A stretch of DNA of 63,198 bases, filler included, from Choristocarpus tenellus KU-1152 (GCA_964200185.2; 13 parts of 13 records of this genome joined end to end with filler, not necessarily neighbours in it); one strand, 5' to 3'; positions 38,115-51,690 are shown, counted from the first letter of the whole stretch. The notes: generated by a model from the letters alone, not told the origin. Numbers and translations are program-made.

Positions 38115-38351
38115 TGTATAGAGGTTTGCCCTGTTTGTCCATTTGGGGCTTGGCTTCCCATGGATTGTTTTATGACATTTTCCTCCTATATGTTTGGGAG
38201 TATGCAAAATGTATCCGTTATAAAGAAGTGTGTCCGGAACAAGGATATTGACATCTCCCAACAAACACGATAGCCAAAATTACATCAAAACTTCAACATT
38301 GAATTTTGACCCCAAAAAGACGCGCTTCTACACTCTAAGATACTTTGTCTC
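38115..38351. mobile_element. Second adjacent MITE family B copy, left end lost
   Basis: Colinear with 37843-38085; ends CTCTAAGATACTTTGTCTC. Confidence 0.8.
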
Positions 38352-39255
38352 TGTAGTCAAAAATGCCATCCCCTGCACATGATGGTACAGAATTCACACA
38401 AAAATATATTGCAATGTGTATGCACGATTCAACCTCTTTCTACTAACAACAAATCTGCTTAATTGTCCCTAGAGTGTGAGCCTGTGGGACTAGAAGAGAT
38501 CTGTATCTCTGGACAAGTATTTCATCAAGAATGAAGCCGGATCAAATAGATGCAATATGTGGAGGCGAGAATTGCCAGGCCCCATTCTCCACCTCACCTA
38601 CTAGCTATATATGCACTGTATAGTATGTTAATAGTCCTACATCATCTGCACTCTTCCCACCCCTCACCTCGCATAACACAGTGTTAATTATACCATCAAC
38701 TTAGAAATAGGATGCAGGTATGTATGACTGTGGCTCTGCCTACCTAAACTTATACCATATATATATATATATACAAATAAATAATAAATAAATTTAGTCG
38801 AATAGAAGAAATGATAGATTACACTTACACCAGGGGCAATGACAAGCATATTTCAAAATCCACAGGGAGGTTAAATCTTGCAACAGCAGTCCCATCTGTT
38901 GACTACCCCAGTCTACAACCAACTAAAATGATTAATTTCTGTTATCTAGTGGTAACCAGGAGGTAGATTTCACTCAGCCGAAAGTGTTGACATATCTCCT
39001 ACCCTGCCCAAGAACTGACTCCTTGGACGGTGCAGAAAAACAGTTTCTACCTCTCACTTTAGAGGAGTGGTCAAGATGGGGTATACCCTCATAACAATTG
39101 GTTACATGTTTCGGGGTGTTCGTAGTCACCTCGAGCTGGAACCATTTTCATGCACTGCTTTTCGATTGAGGAAACGTTGAGTAACAAAAGTGTGATCACA
39201 ATCATACTCTTGATTACCTACCTCTATTGGAGTGAGTGGAGCAGAACAAAATCGA

Positions 39256-39302
<47 letters not shown>

Positions 39303-39466
39303 ACAACACACAACAAAACAAAAAAAAAACAACAAAANNNNNNNNNNNNNNNNNNNNNNNNNNNNNNNNNNNNNNNNNNNNTTAATTAATTAANNNNNNN
39401 NNNNNNNNNNNNNNNNNNNNNNNNNNNNNNNNNNNNNGGAGGGGAGTCCGGCGGGCGTTCAGTGCG

Positions 39467-39513
<47 letters not shown>

Positions 39514-40064
39514 TAAGAAGGTGATGGGTGCAACCAAAAAAAAAATCCTTGCCCGTGATTCCAAAGAGATGAGTCTTCAGCTCTATTGCCTATCGTACAT
39601 AGATCTATATTATACCTATCTATACATACAGTGTCTACTTAATCAACGTGACAGTTACCAAGAAACGATAATTGGAGTATTAAAAAAAAAAGGACAGAAA
39701 AAGAGAAGAGCGCACAGGGCAAAACATTAAACCGAGCATTCGGGGCACAAGTAGTTTTTTTCTTTCTACCCATGCAAAAACCAAAATCAAAGAAAAAATG
39801 AAAATTTAGAAGTTGGGGATAACCACCCCAGCAGGGACGGACACTTTTCTTGCGATGAAGAACTCTCCAGCCAAAAAAGAAAAACAAAAAGAGAAGACAC
39901 GAATCTCTCGCTGCACTCTAAGAACAACGATAGGGTGAGAGGGTGTGTGTGTGTGAGAGAGAGAGAGAGGCATTCGCCATGCGTCAAGCGGTTTCGCCCC
40001 TCTCCACAAAAGCGCAACTCCCAACGGACAACGGGAAGATGACGTGATCGGCAACAAAACCCAC

Positions 40065-40593
40065 CTCTGAACCTATCTTCTTCGCCTTGATCGTCATCAC
40101 CCCTGCATCCACGCCCTCCAGCTCCGAGTCGAACACAGGGGGATACCTGCTTGTACACAATTGTGCACCAACGAACAAAAAGAAGAAGCTCAAATCACAT
40201 CGAGGACACGGTTCTCAACAGGGACGTTCAAAAAACCAGTACAAAAACACGTTACTTTCCACAGACCCTCACAACACAAATTTATCATAAGCCACCTGTC
40301 AAGGGGCCCCCTAATCTGCTAATCACAAAATTTTCAGTCAAACTTCGACCCTAAACCAAGCATGCTCCTCCCGCCCCCCCTCCCCAGCATTGACATCAAA
40401 GCAGCACCTAAGGTCAAGGGTGTGGAAGAGCTTGAACATCGCAAACTTGAGAAGGGTCTCATAGAACTCCAGAAAGGTGAACATCACAGAGAAATCCACG
40501 TCCTGTGGGTATCGAGTTGTGAACATGTGGGGAGCCACCCACGTCACAGGGAGGCCCATGATCTGTCCCAATTCACCACACCAAGGTGCATGT

Positions 40594-40626
<33 letters not shown>

Positions 40627-42829
40627 GAGGCCAAGGAGGGGATGGAGGTTGGAGTTGTAATGGAGAAGAGTTTAAAGCAAAGTTAAGGGAGGTACGGGAA
40701 GTTCATTGAGGGATAAGGGGGAGGGAGGGTAGGGAAAGGCAGGGCAATTGTGTAGATAAATAGCAGGATGACCAATGGAGCACGGTAGGCATGAGTAAGG
40801 ATGGGGTGCTGGATGATAGGAGATCAAGTTGGTAGGTTCTAGGCGATCCGGTTCAGAGAGTGAAGAGGACGTACATGATACGAACATCGGAACACACAAT
40901 TTTTTTTTGGTGGTTGTACTACTGCACTGCATTTCCGGCTATAAAGATATATGGGAAGATGATATTGATACTCTAGTTTGGATCATTCCTATAATACAGA
41001 TGCATGAATCTGAACAGAGTGAACCCGAAAATGAACTGTTGAGTACTAGAAGGAAGAGGAGTTGTCCGAGGATCTGGTGGGTGTCACAGCACCAACCGGC
41101 CTCACCTCTGCCTGAAAGTAGACCCCTTTAATGGAGACAAAGACCTTTGAGAGACACTGGGCCTTGCTGATGTAGAAGTTCCATTCCTTGACCAGGCGTA
41201 TACACGTCTGTGTGTGAACAGATGTGCGACGTCGCATCTATATTGCAAAGAGTAACAGGGTGGGGGAGGGGGGGAGGGGGGAAATATGACACTTGTAATG
41301 CAACACAAAGAAAAGTGTTTGTGGCAAAGTGTGTTGGTTGGAACAGAGTAATTAATCTCACAGCATTCACCACGGGTGCAGCAGGAGCAAACACTAGGCT
41401 ATGTATGCGGCACTCACTCCATAAGCTGTATCCCGCTCTCACCCCTCACAAGTACCCCCACACACTCCTCAACACATACCTGGGGGAGGGATGCAAAGAG
41501 GTGCACGAGACAAAGGGCATCATCCAGGTCCCTGACTGCATCAGAGAAGCGTGGGTAGCGCTCCTTTACCAGGTGGTCGAGCTTGTACACTGGCCGTTCG
41601 TACATCTCACGACGCTGAGCGGCGCGAAACAAGAACCAATATGTATCCAGGGTAGGGCAACATTGACATGGGAGAGGCAAGGGAGGGGGAGCAGTTGGGG
41701 CATGAGTCATTGCCCTCATTGGCCTAGTTGCACATCTATCATAGACAAGGGAGGGATGAGATCGACAGGAAGAAGTCAGTCGTACCTAAGGTGTCTGTTG
41801 AAAACCAGGCTCTCTGGCACTGCCCCTGAACAAAGAAGGTCTTGAATCTCTTCAGTGTAGCAGTATTTAATGCTATAGCGTATCAACTGTCTCACACGGA
41901 GTTTGGCAAGAAATGCCAAAACGTTTGATGATGAAGAGGAACCTTTCAAGCACATGATGCGGAAGACCTATACCTCATTCCCCAACTAGAGTTTCCGTCT
42001 CCAGTGGCGGTTTAAAAGTTTATGGGTTATCTTCCGTGTGTCAGATATCATTCACAGTCTGCACCTGGGCATCCTTGATGTTCTTCCTCCCGATCGTGCG
42101 CCTCAGCTTCTTCATGAAGGCTTTGAACTCGCGGAAGCTCTCGAGCACAGGCTCATGTGCGAGGAAGCTCACGTCCTTGATATGGTAGTATGTTTTATCT
42201 TTTCCGCTTGCTTTCTTTGAGGGGTCCCGCGGATAGATACCTTTGAGGATACAAAGACGACGGAAATCACGAAGAGACACCTGCAGCCGACGGAGGACCT
42301 GTGGGGAGGAAAACCATGGCAAGAGCCGGGTCGTATGGTTGAAGGTTGTGTACTTATCTTTTTGTGCGATCAATTGGGGCTGCATCTATAAAAATAATGC
42401 AATTAAGGAGCTCCACATCTCGAGGTGACAAAGGACTAAGAATGGGTTCCCGTAATTGGAATGTGGGGCGTCGGCGTCTCAGTATGGACCCTAGACCGCA
42501 ATGTAGCGTAGGGTCCAAACGTTGCTGCTTGTCTAGTGAATCACAAGTTAACAAGTTATGCACACGGTATCCCTTAGCGCCCATGACTTGTTTCACTAGC
42601 AGCTAGAAAGTCGAGGTGGGCATGAGCTTGCAGAGAGAAGGTGGATACAAAAGAGGCTTGCCTGTCCACGGGTGAGGAAGTTGGCAGCAGCGCCCTTCTG
42701 GCCTTTTTTAAGCTCCTTTCCCATGCGCTGATTCCGACGTTTGGATCCCATCTTGCTGTTGATCTTCGCCTTGATACTCTTGGGTTTGGGTTTCTTCCTC
42801 CCCCCCTTCGCTTTCAGCTTGTTTCCCAT
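40065..42829 (-). CDS. PES1: Pescadillo/Nop7 ribosome biogenesis protein, 3' part missing. Exons 42829-42662, 42298-42065, 41614-41480, 41237-41106, 40562-40408, 40146-40065
   Basis: FLTRGQ|[101 protein letters not shown]; all splice phases compatible. Confidence 0.95.
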
Positions 42830-43232
42830 TGTCTATATGTGTAGAGTAGCGGAGGTAAGGGCACCCCCACGACTGAATCGCCCTCCTACCCTACTGACAA
42901 TCTGACTTGAGACCGTGAATAAGATTCCCCCTTCGTTCTTGTACAGCGCAAGACCCTGGACAAGTCTGGCCTCACAACGTCCGTGTACCTACTCAACTAC
43001 CGCCATCAACTACCACCAGCCAATGTAAGGTACTTCACTGTTTATGCGGTGTAAATAGTTTGGCCAAGGCTTCCCAGGTCTATATGAAGTGTTAGGGTCA
43101 GGGTTTACTCTGTTGGAGTGTGCCTTAGCATTGGTACTGTTTCATTCCACAACCCACACAATAAACAAAGGTTGTGCAAGGGGCCCAGCCTACCCACACG
43201 GCGTGTTGAGTTGGTAATATTGGCCCCAGTAT
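42830..43232. promoter_or_regulatory. Putative bidirectional promoter region
   Basis: About 400 bp between divergent start codons on one contig; no specific elements demonstrated. Confidence 0.45.
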
Positions 43233-43280
43233 ATGAAATTCAGTTGCCTATCTAAGGACATCGCGGCAGCGCCAGATGCG

Positions 43281-45515
43281 ATGGAAATCACACCCCAGCA
43301 GCGGATGTATTCAGCTTGTGCTGGGGTCGTCATTACATCCTTGGTTGTAACCCCAATGGGTGAGTTACTCAATTTTGTGGTCTCAGTTGTGAAATATGGA
43401 TTGATCAGATCTCGGCGTCGAGCATGAGGGGGTTATATTCGAACTAGTCTGTATACCAATGGATATGTGTGGTCATTCCTTAGGCAGACTAGTCGATTTC
43501 TTGTACCTGAACCTTGAATTCGACTCGTCTTCTCAATTCATCTCTCGCGTACCCCACTGCTGTCCTTCCTGAGTTCGTGCATGGTGTCCATGAATTTAAA
43601 TTGTGTACCTACCCATCTATGTTGCGTTTGCCGTGTAGAACTTCATTTCGTTGTTTTCTCGAAATTGTCCATCCCAGCTATTCTAGGAAAGTTGAGGAAA
43701 CAGCTGAGACCGGGATTATGGGGGCCTCGCGTGGGAGCCTAATTGATCTATCCTAAGATATTGACTGTAGGATGAGATTACCGAAAGGGCAGGATTAGGT
43801 AGTACGTTGTTAGTGTCGTGCTGTGTCTCATGTTCTGGAGAATGTCAAAAAAATATTCGTCGTAGAGTGTTCAATCATGACATCTCATAATTTTTTCAAT
43901 GCAAAATAGGAGTGCCTCAATCCCTGTCTATATGTAATACATATATCTCCTGGTTGATCTACAGGTCTTGAAGTTCGCAGTCTTGTCCTTCACCACGTTC
44001 ACCTAGATGCATTTCCTTGGCAGCACTCATGTCCAACCCCCCCGTGTATACCGTCCCTCGCGACCAAATCTTTCTGTCCTGCTTCCACTTGAAGATGTTG
44101 TAAAGACTAGGTTTCAATCCGCACAGGCTGAGGCTGTCAGTCGTCAAACAGCCGGCAATTCGCCTCCAGCTCAAGCTTGTGAGAAATGCCTGGACCTTGC
44201 ACGCAAGGGTCGCACCTATTGCACCTCAGCAAGGGCATCTGCCTCTGCGACCCGGCCAGCAATGTCGATGCCAGTCATGGCACCAGGGACAATGTTAGAA
44301 CCCCCACCGACATCTCAAGCCCTCCCGCCTGGAACTCTCCAGGCCCTGAAACATATTGCAAGTCGAGAAGGTGTGCGTGGCTTGTATCGAGGGTTGGATG
44401 TTTCACTTGTCATGGCAGTACCCTCCACTATCTTCTACTACACTGCCTATGATGAGATGCTCGGAAAGCTAAAAGAGTCTGGCCTGAGTCTGAGTGTCGC
44501 CCCGGCAGTAGCTGGGTCCTCAGCCCGGACAATGGCAACCCTGCTATTGGCCCCGCTAGAGCTTTTGCGAACACGGGCGCAGTCTGTTGGTGCTGCGGCC
44601 CTGGATGGAGGCAACCATGGTACAATCACTGGTGCTGGAACCAAGGTGGCAAGTGCATGGAAGCCTCTTTCTGTGTTTGGGGGATTGGTGTCGGTCGTTA
44701 GGGAGGAAGGGGTGATGGCGCTGTGGCGAGGAGTGGGAACCACAATGTGGCGAGATGTTCCATTCAGTGTCATATACTGGGTGGGCTACGAAAATTCCAA
44801 GAATTTATTGACCTGCAGTGGGTCTGGAGCAGCGACAGGGTCACAACCAGACGCAGGTGGAGGAAGTTTTGCTTTCCTATCAAAGACATTCATGGCGGGA
44901 GCGTCATCTGGAGCATTAGCTAGCCTTTGCACGCATCCTTTTGATGTGGTGAAGACACAGCAACAGGTCATCCGAAGAGGGGCTGATCGTGAGTGGTGGG
45001 ATGGTGGGATGGGCATGGATCTCCTGGGGTTGCATAAGAGGGATGTTTCGTCAAAGCCCACTGTATCACCTGTTTGTGTGTGATATAAATAAACCCTGCC
45101 TTTACACCTTTCTCCCAATACCTTTTACAAGTCCACACACATTTTTTTTTTCCAGTATTTCTGAAACAGTACCTCCAATCTGCTCCTTCCCCCCTCTCCT
45201 TACCATGGGGATCAACTGTACTGAGCAGGAAATTGTGAGCACCTACCTCCCTCACGCCCGCGCTGGCAGGGCACCTTTGAGGTAATGCGAGACATCATTG
45301 AGACCCGGGGCATTCCTGGACTCTTCTCTGGAACAGTGGCTCGGATAGTGAAAGTTGCTCCATCCTGTGCTATCATGATCTGTAGTTATGAAAGTGGTAA
45401 AACCTTCTTCCTCAAGCAAAATGCTGCCACGTTGGCAAAGGCTGATTTTGCTAACCCCACCTCTGAAAAGTATGGTAGTGATGGCGCCGTGCCTACCAGA
45501 CCATCCTGGAGGTGA
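43281..45515 (+). CDS. SLC25A39: Mitochondrial carrier of the SLC25A39/40 (Mtm1) subfamily. Exons approx. 43281-43359, 44095-44966, 45270-45515; alternative in-frame ATG at 43233
   Basis: Three carrier signatures (TPM|DVVKTR, APLELLRTR, HPFDVVKTQ) plus subfamily-like MAVPSTIFYYTAYD, RDVPFSVIYWVGYE and KVAPSCAIMICSYE. The symbol denotes the subfamily; 39 and 40 cannot be distinguished. Confidence 0.9.
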
Positions 45516-45661
45516 CGTTTTCTTGGCAGGCAGCAGTTATCTCACTCAGAGGGGTGGGGGGNNNNNNNNNNNNNNNNNNNNNNNNNNNNNNNNNNNNNNN
45601 NNNNNTTAATTAATTAANNNNNNNNNNNNNNNNNNNNNNNNNNNNNNNNNNNNNNNNNNNN

Positions 45662-45713
45662 CCCACAAATGGACAAACAGGGAAAAATTCGTACCCTCTA
45701 AGATAGTTTCACT
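45662..45713. mobile_element. MITE family B right end at contig start
   Basis: CAAATGGACAAAC..CCCTCTAAGATAGTTTCACTC. Confidence 0.8.
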
Positions 45714-45769
45714 CTATTGTGGGCAGGAAGTGTCAAGCGCTTTTGCTTTCTTACAAGGTTGGAGTTGTA

Positions 45770-47107
45770 TTACCTCTGGGCGTGTTGCTGACAAAGTGCA
45801 TCTGGGTGGCACACGCTTTTGTTAATGTTAGGGTCCAACGAGTGCATTCCCTCAGTGGGATCGTGCCAAGTGATCGGGTTGTGGGGCAGGGCCGTGTTGT
45901 TGCTCTCCCAGACGGTTAGGCCAAGAACGTGTGTTTCAGGGTGCTGCACATCGAACTGTCGTGAGGAACTGTCTCTTGTGGCGTCGAATATCCTTGCCCT
46001 GTCCTTCTTCAGCCTAACAATCACGACCGATAAGAAGGAGTTAAATTAGGATGAAGTGTTGGGAGTTGCTTGTATTTTTTGGGGGGGGTGTTCAAAATTT
46101 TGTAGAAGCTTTTAGGATATGGCGTTCCGTGTTCGAACCCTGGTAGAAGGAATTGATGTATTTGGGGTTGCAACATGTATGGGTTCGAACCCTACGTTGG
46201 CCTTAAAAAAACTCCGCCCAATTGGCCTGGTGAAAGATTTTTTTCCTGCGGGTTTGCTGGATTTCTGGGTTCGAGCCTTAGCTTTACAAAAAATTATCCA
46301 GTTGGCCTGGTTGAAGTTTTATTCTCTACGGGGGTTTGCTGGATTTCTGGGTTCCAGCCTTGGCTTTCAGAAAACATATCCCATTGGGGTGGACACCCTT
46401 ACTTGCCTGGTGGGGGCTGGTGCAGAGGCTCGAACGTCTTCTGTGTCGGGAGTGGGGCATGGCTCTCCGATATGATGTATAGAGGTAGCACTAAAGCGCT
46501 CCCTATCGTAGATGAATTCCGTGCGCTTAACTGCCGAGGATCTGAGTGTGTCCATCTTGATGTTGTATCTCTTGGCCGTGTCCGACAGACTGGGTTCGTA
46601 CGTGGACATCACCCCGTCGTTGAGCACTTTAACATCTGGAGCATTGACCGCGAGGATAGAGTTGTGCACCTGTCAAGTGTGTTCTGTGTTAAGGTCCTGC
46701 TTCAGGAAGTCCAGGAAGGTCCTGACCTGCATGTGGGTTGCAGGTGCGCGTATCTCCTCGGACATTAACTCTCGCAGTGCCCTTGTTAATGGCGCAAACT
46801 TGTTATCCTCGTCCAAAAACCAGGCGGCGAGGTCCTTCCAAGTGTGTTTGTCTCCTTCTCCCTTCTTCTGGCCATATTGCTCGACAAACATGGAGTGGAA
46901 TAGGTCGAGGACTTTATCCGTCTTGGACTTCTTCCATGACCGGAGAGTGCTGCTATTGGTTGGTCTCCCAACCCCCCATTTCCTGAAAAGGGGGATAGAG
47001 GAAGTGTAGAGAAGCAAGCTGTCACGGCGGGATGCCGGATGAGATATGAAATTCACAAGAGATGAGGAACATGTGCTTGTTACTGCGTCCAAATGCACGC
47101 GAACCAT
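45770..47107 (-). pseudogene. Decayed intronless ORF of unknown, probably mobile-element, origin
   Basis: ORFs 46673-47107, 46367-46669 and 45770-46024 lie in one frame, separated by stops. Confidence 0.4.
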
Positions 47108-47343
47108 GGGGAATATATTTTCTCTTGTTCATTATGGATGAAACGCATGGAGTTATGTTCTCCATTCACAAAGACAAGTTTGAGGTAGATGTCCTTATGG
47201 GCATGGTTACATAATTTCCCCTACTTCGATCCTCTGGATAAAGGTATGTGTAATAGTGGTTGTTTTTGATGATAAGGAAATGGAGTCTGGTCCGTTTAAT
47301 TCTTACTTTCGTAATTTCGTCTGACGTGTTTTGGGAGAAAATC

Positions 47344-47860
47344 CGCATCCTGTGCGTGTTTGAAGGGAAAAAACAATTGACTTATCCTGTCTTCATAAAA
47401 CCATATTTTTCACAAGAGCTATTCCCACTTTTCCATTTTTCGATATTCGCAATTCCTTATAAGAGAAACCAAAAGGTTAGGCATTACTTCTATTGAAGAA
47501 ACTGAGGCCGTTTTTTTCTTCAATTTCCATTCGGAGGTTGTTTGCATGGAAGTCTCCATTTTTGAGAAATACTCTTGCTGTACTTGTATTGCTCGATCCA
47601 CCCTCGACATGACGCCGATCGACGTCATATGTGAAGAAATACGCATCGGGTGTGTGTTGGAGGAAAAGACAATAGATTTACCCTGACTTCATAAAACCAT
47701 ATTTTTCACAAGAGCTATTCCCACTTTTCCATCTTTCGATATTCGCAATTCCTTATAAGAGAAACCAAAAGGTTAGGCATTACTTCTATTGAAGAAACTG
47801 AAGGTCATTTTTTTCTTCAATTTCCGTTCGGAGGTTGTTTGCATGGAAATCTCTATTTTT
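47344..47860. repeat. Tandem duplication, period ~296 bp
   Basis: CTTCATAAAACCATATTTTTCACAAGAGCTATTCCC.. at 47391 and 47687. Confidence 0.9.
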
Positions 47861-49361
47861 GCTAACCCTACGGATTTGGTATACAATGCGAGGCTTTCAT
47901 GATGACGTCATACGGCACGTCCGTAAATTTCATTTTTTAATATTTCGGTTTGATGTTGCATATTACGGTGCGGGAATTCGGATCTTGTTCCCGTATTATA
48001 TGGTGGGCGCCCCAAAGTAAATGGGCGTATGGTAGGTGGTGATGGGGGGTTAGCCATACCTTTTGGGCATTGGGGTGTGTGTGCTTTGGGAGTCTGCGAC
48101 TGGAACCCATGCGTTGGTAACGTCTCGTAACGGCCTTGGAGTGTCCATCCCACATGTGAGAAGCGATGGTTCCCGTCCTTCCCTCGTATGGATGTGCAAA
48201 GGCTGGTTAGATGTCCTGGCTTGCTTGTGTTGCTGCTCCTTGTGCCTGGTCGAAAGGGTGTGAATCACTGGATGTGGGCCGACCTTTTATCATGCTAATA
48301 ATTTGTTTTTTCCTATCTACCGAAAAAAATTGTTACCTTGGGGCAGATTATTTGGGAGGGGATGCAGCCAGCTTCGGTTACGTAATGATATTGTAATGAT
48401 GCCATTTGGACACTTTATTGTTTTTTTATGGTACGAAAATTTTGGACGAAGTTGTGGCAAGTCGAGAAAGTGATTGAAGGTAAAGTTCGAGTGTGCATTG
48501 TGGATATGGCGAACGTGATTTTGTTGGATACCTCAGTATCCGACAACAGAAAAATATAAAGATGGATATGTGATTCCATATGCGACATGGGATTCTGACA
48601 TCTGTCCTACTGCGTCTGCATGCTTCCAAAGTAGATTGTCGCAACAGGGAATCATACATGCCAAATACTTGCAGAAGGCATAATAATAAAAATATATGTC
48701 AATGTAGACAAAGAACTTGTGGGATGAAAGAGCCAAAGTCCCGGCTGAGAGACAGTTGTTACTCATTTCTCAAATGTGGATATGGTATATGTATATATAT
48801 GTGTCCTATTTCTTCTATTGGTCGATAACTATTGGTTCTGATGACGTCGTCGGCGCATGCATGTCTGTGTGGCATCCAATCATACCACAAAATGAGAGCC
48901 TCACTTATTCCCAACAAAGAACTACCCAAACATTCAACTTTTTTTAACAGAGCGTGGCTGTGATGGGTTTAGATATGTTTGAAAGGACATATTGGTGTTC
49001 TGCGAAATATAAAAAACATATCAATATTGGTTTGACGTTTAATGACACAGGTATTTTCTTGCAAGGTATGAAGGAATGAAACCTGATTCGTTGGGGACAC
49101 GAGAAGGAGTGCAATACGTAACGCATGCAGACTGATTTTTTGTTCTTATGTATCTTATTTTGCTTTGCTCACGAATTCTGGATTATTATTATTATTTGCA
49201 CATTCCTATTCTCTTATTCNNNNNNNNNNNNNNNNNNNNNNNNNNNNNNNNNNNNNNNNNNNNTTAATTAATTAANNNNNNNNNNNNNNNNNNNNNNNNN
49301 NNNNNNNNNNNNNNNNNNNCGCCTGTGCCTGCCCGCCAGGCGGCGCGTTCTCTTTCGCCTT

Positions 49362-49392
<31 letters not shown>

Positions 49393-51546
49393 GCTCACAG
49401 CTCCTGTTGTTTTGCGATCTATGTGCGTGCAAGCCGCCTCAAGCTACACCCCTTGTACCTCACTGGTGTCCAGGGGAACCCGCGCAGCGATTCTGGGCGA
49501 GGCGGGCGATGAGCTGCTCGAGGACTCACCCGGTGAAGGAGGGTCATCGCACCAGCCCTTGTGATTTCTGATGTATGGTGTGGATGTGCGTGCGAGTAGC
49601 TTAGCACATATGATGTATATACACATGCTTTTTTTTTTATGGTGTCATCAATAGTATATATTAAATTTTTTTTTGTGTAACAGTTTTTGACGTTGGTAGT
49701 GTGGCGTTAGTGGAACAATAGCGGAGATCACCTTACATTGAGTTTTGCAGTCGGTTGAAAGTACCAAAGTAGTTAGCGTTGCTTTTGTTGTTGTTGGAAT
49801 GATGCGGAGTGCTTCAAAAGACACAGAGCAGGTACGCACGCCCCTTTGCGAGGCAGTTGGCAGTATAGAGGGCATTGGAACGCCAGCCAAGGTTGTGAAT
49901 CACCCTATTAATGAGACAGGGGATACTATGATGTAATTATGGGGTGTGGGACTGATCTATTACATCTAACCATTCTGATGTAATAAATATAAGGTTAGAA
50001 AGATAGGCGGCAATGCTGGAAGTGAAAGCTTGTAAGAGGTTCTCGCTTGTCCAGTCTGCACATGTGGTTGCTCTTGTTGTCATCAGAGTGGGCTGGCTTT
50101 TTCCCTTGTGTGCTTTGCATTTGGAAGGGTTCAACACAGAAGAACATTCTACACTATATATATATATATATATGATGATGATGTTTCTTCCAGGAGGCGT
50201 TGCTGATTTAATGCCTGGGACACCTGAACCAACTTACGTACAAACTATGCAGAATGCTAGTATCAGAAGAACTTGATTTGTGTACCATATGTAAGGTTAT
50301 TTTGTCCACAACAGGGGGCATCTGCCAGCCAGGTCTACCCCCTAGAGTTCTCTGAAGCCGCTCAGGGCGCACACTTGGTATTGGTGTCCTTCATTTGCTT
50401 TTCGAACTCAAGAATGCAGTCGCTATATATGTAGCTATGAAGATGCACAGGATGCACAAATAGATGCAATGTGATGTGTAAGTTCGCTTGAATCAACCGT
50501 TTGAATGATAGTTGATGGTCTACAAATGTTGTTTCAGTTGGGTGCCGTTCCATCATGAGCTCCAAGGAATTGGCAGAAGTGGTTCTTTGTATCTCATCCG
50601 CTGCAAATACAGTTTTGAGCTATTATTCAAGTCCCTCTTGACAATTGCTCACCTGCATCCCACACGTGCTCGTAAATTCCGTTCCCCTTGGCTTCAGTAG
50701 AGGGAGATCCGAAAAAAGGGTACCATATGCCTTTTTTCAGCCGGGTGTGGGGAAAAATACGGTGATGGTGTATGCTGCCTCAGGCACTAGGGAGGAAGGG
50801 CAGAGGGGGGTTGTTCCACGGCAGTCAAACAAGGCATCTCCTAGATGTGTGTTAACACCTGTCTCCTCAAGGTCAAAGCACTGCATGAAGCAATTCAGTG
50901 AACCTTTTAAAAAGAGGCAAGATTGTCAAGGAAGTGGTTGTCTACAATAGATCATATGTTTCGCAATAGTATTGTACACTCTGTCTATGCCAAGTGCAAA
51001 CCTACATAGTGCTATTACAGTATATACTAAGAATGATACCTAGCACACACATCTTGTAAGGGCGACCTTTTTTAATGCTCTGTTCTTATTACCAAGCTCT
51101 TTTGGGGTACTGCTACTGCTGTAGAATTCCATTCAGAGCTAAGCTGGAGGACTGAACCTATGGGACAAGCGGAGAACCAGCAAAAGAACTCTTTCCCAGC
51201 TGTGTTTGATGATTAGTTTGCCTGAACAACAAATAAATTACGCCATTGCTCACTGCACTTCCCTAATCTTGTTTGCTTCTCATGCTGGCAACATTGCAAG
51301 ATATGATTGAGAATTCTACACGGTATTGCAGAGGCTGGGGGAGGTGTCGTTTCCCTTCACTTCTTTCAATAAATGCCGTTGTTTCGTAAGTACTCAATGG
51401 AAACAATTATTCTATTCTTGAAATGTACAGAGGAGGGTGAATAAGCTACACCACTATCCGTTCACGATTTACAGTGCTCTGTAATCAACCTGCTGGGCAG
51501 ACTCTGTATAACAGCTGGTACACCCGCAAAATATTGTAAGGCGTAA

Positions 51547-51690
51547 TAGTGAGCCAAAGTAAACAAGAGGTACCCAGTTTTGTCCGTTTTATATTATTAA
51601 GCCAGTTCTACAATCCTTTGCAAATTCACCCATAATTTTTTCTATGGATGATTTGCTAGGAGGGTTTCTCTACTGTTTGAGACTTTTCGA
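51547..51690. mobile_element. MITE family C, partial, reverse orientation
   Basis: TAGTGAGCCAAAGTAAACAAGAGG..CACCCATA..TTTCTATGGATGA. Confidence 0.55.

Noticed and set aside
39126-39260. Continuation of pescadillo (BRCT exons) beyond the linker
   Set aside because: Different contig and no PES1 similarity.
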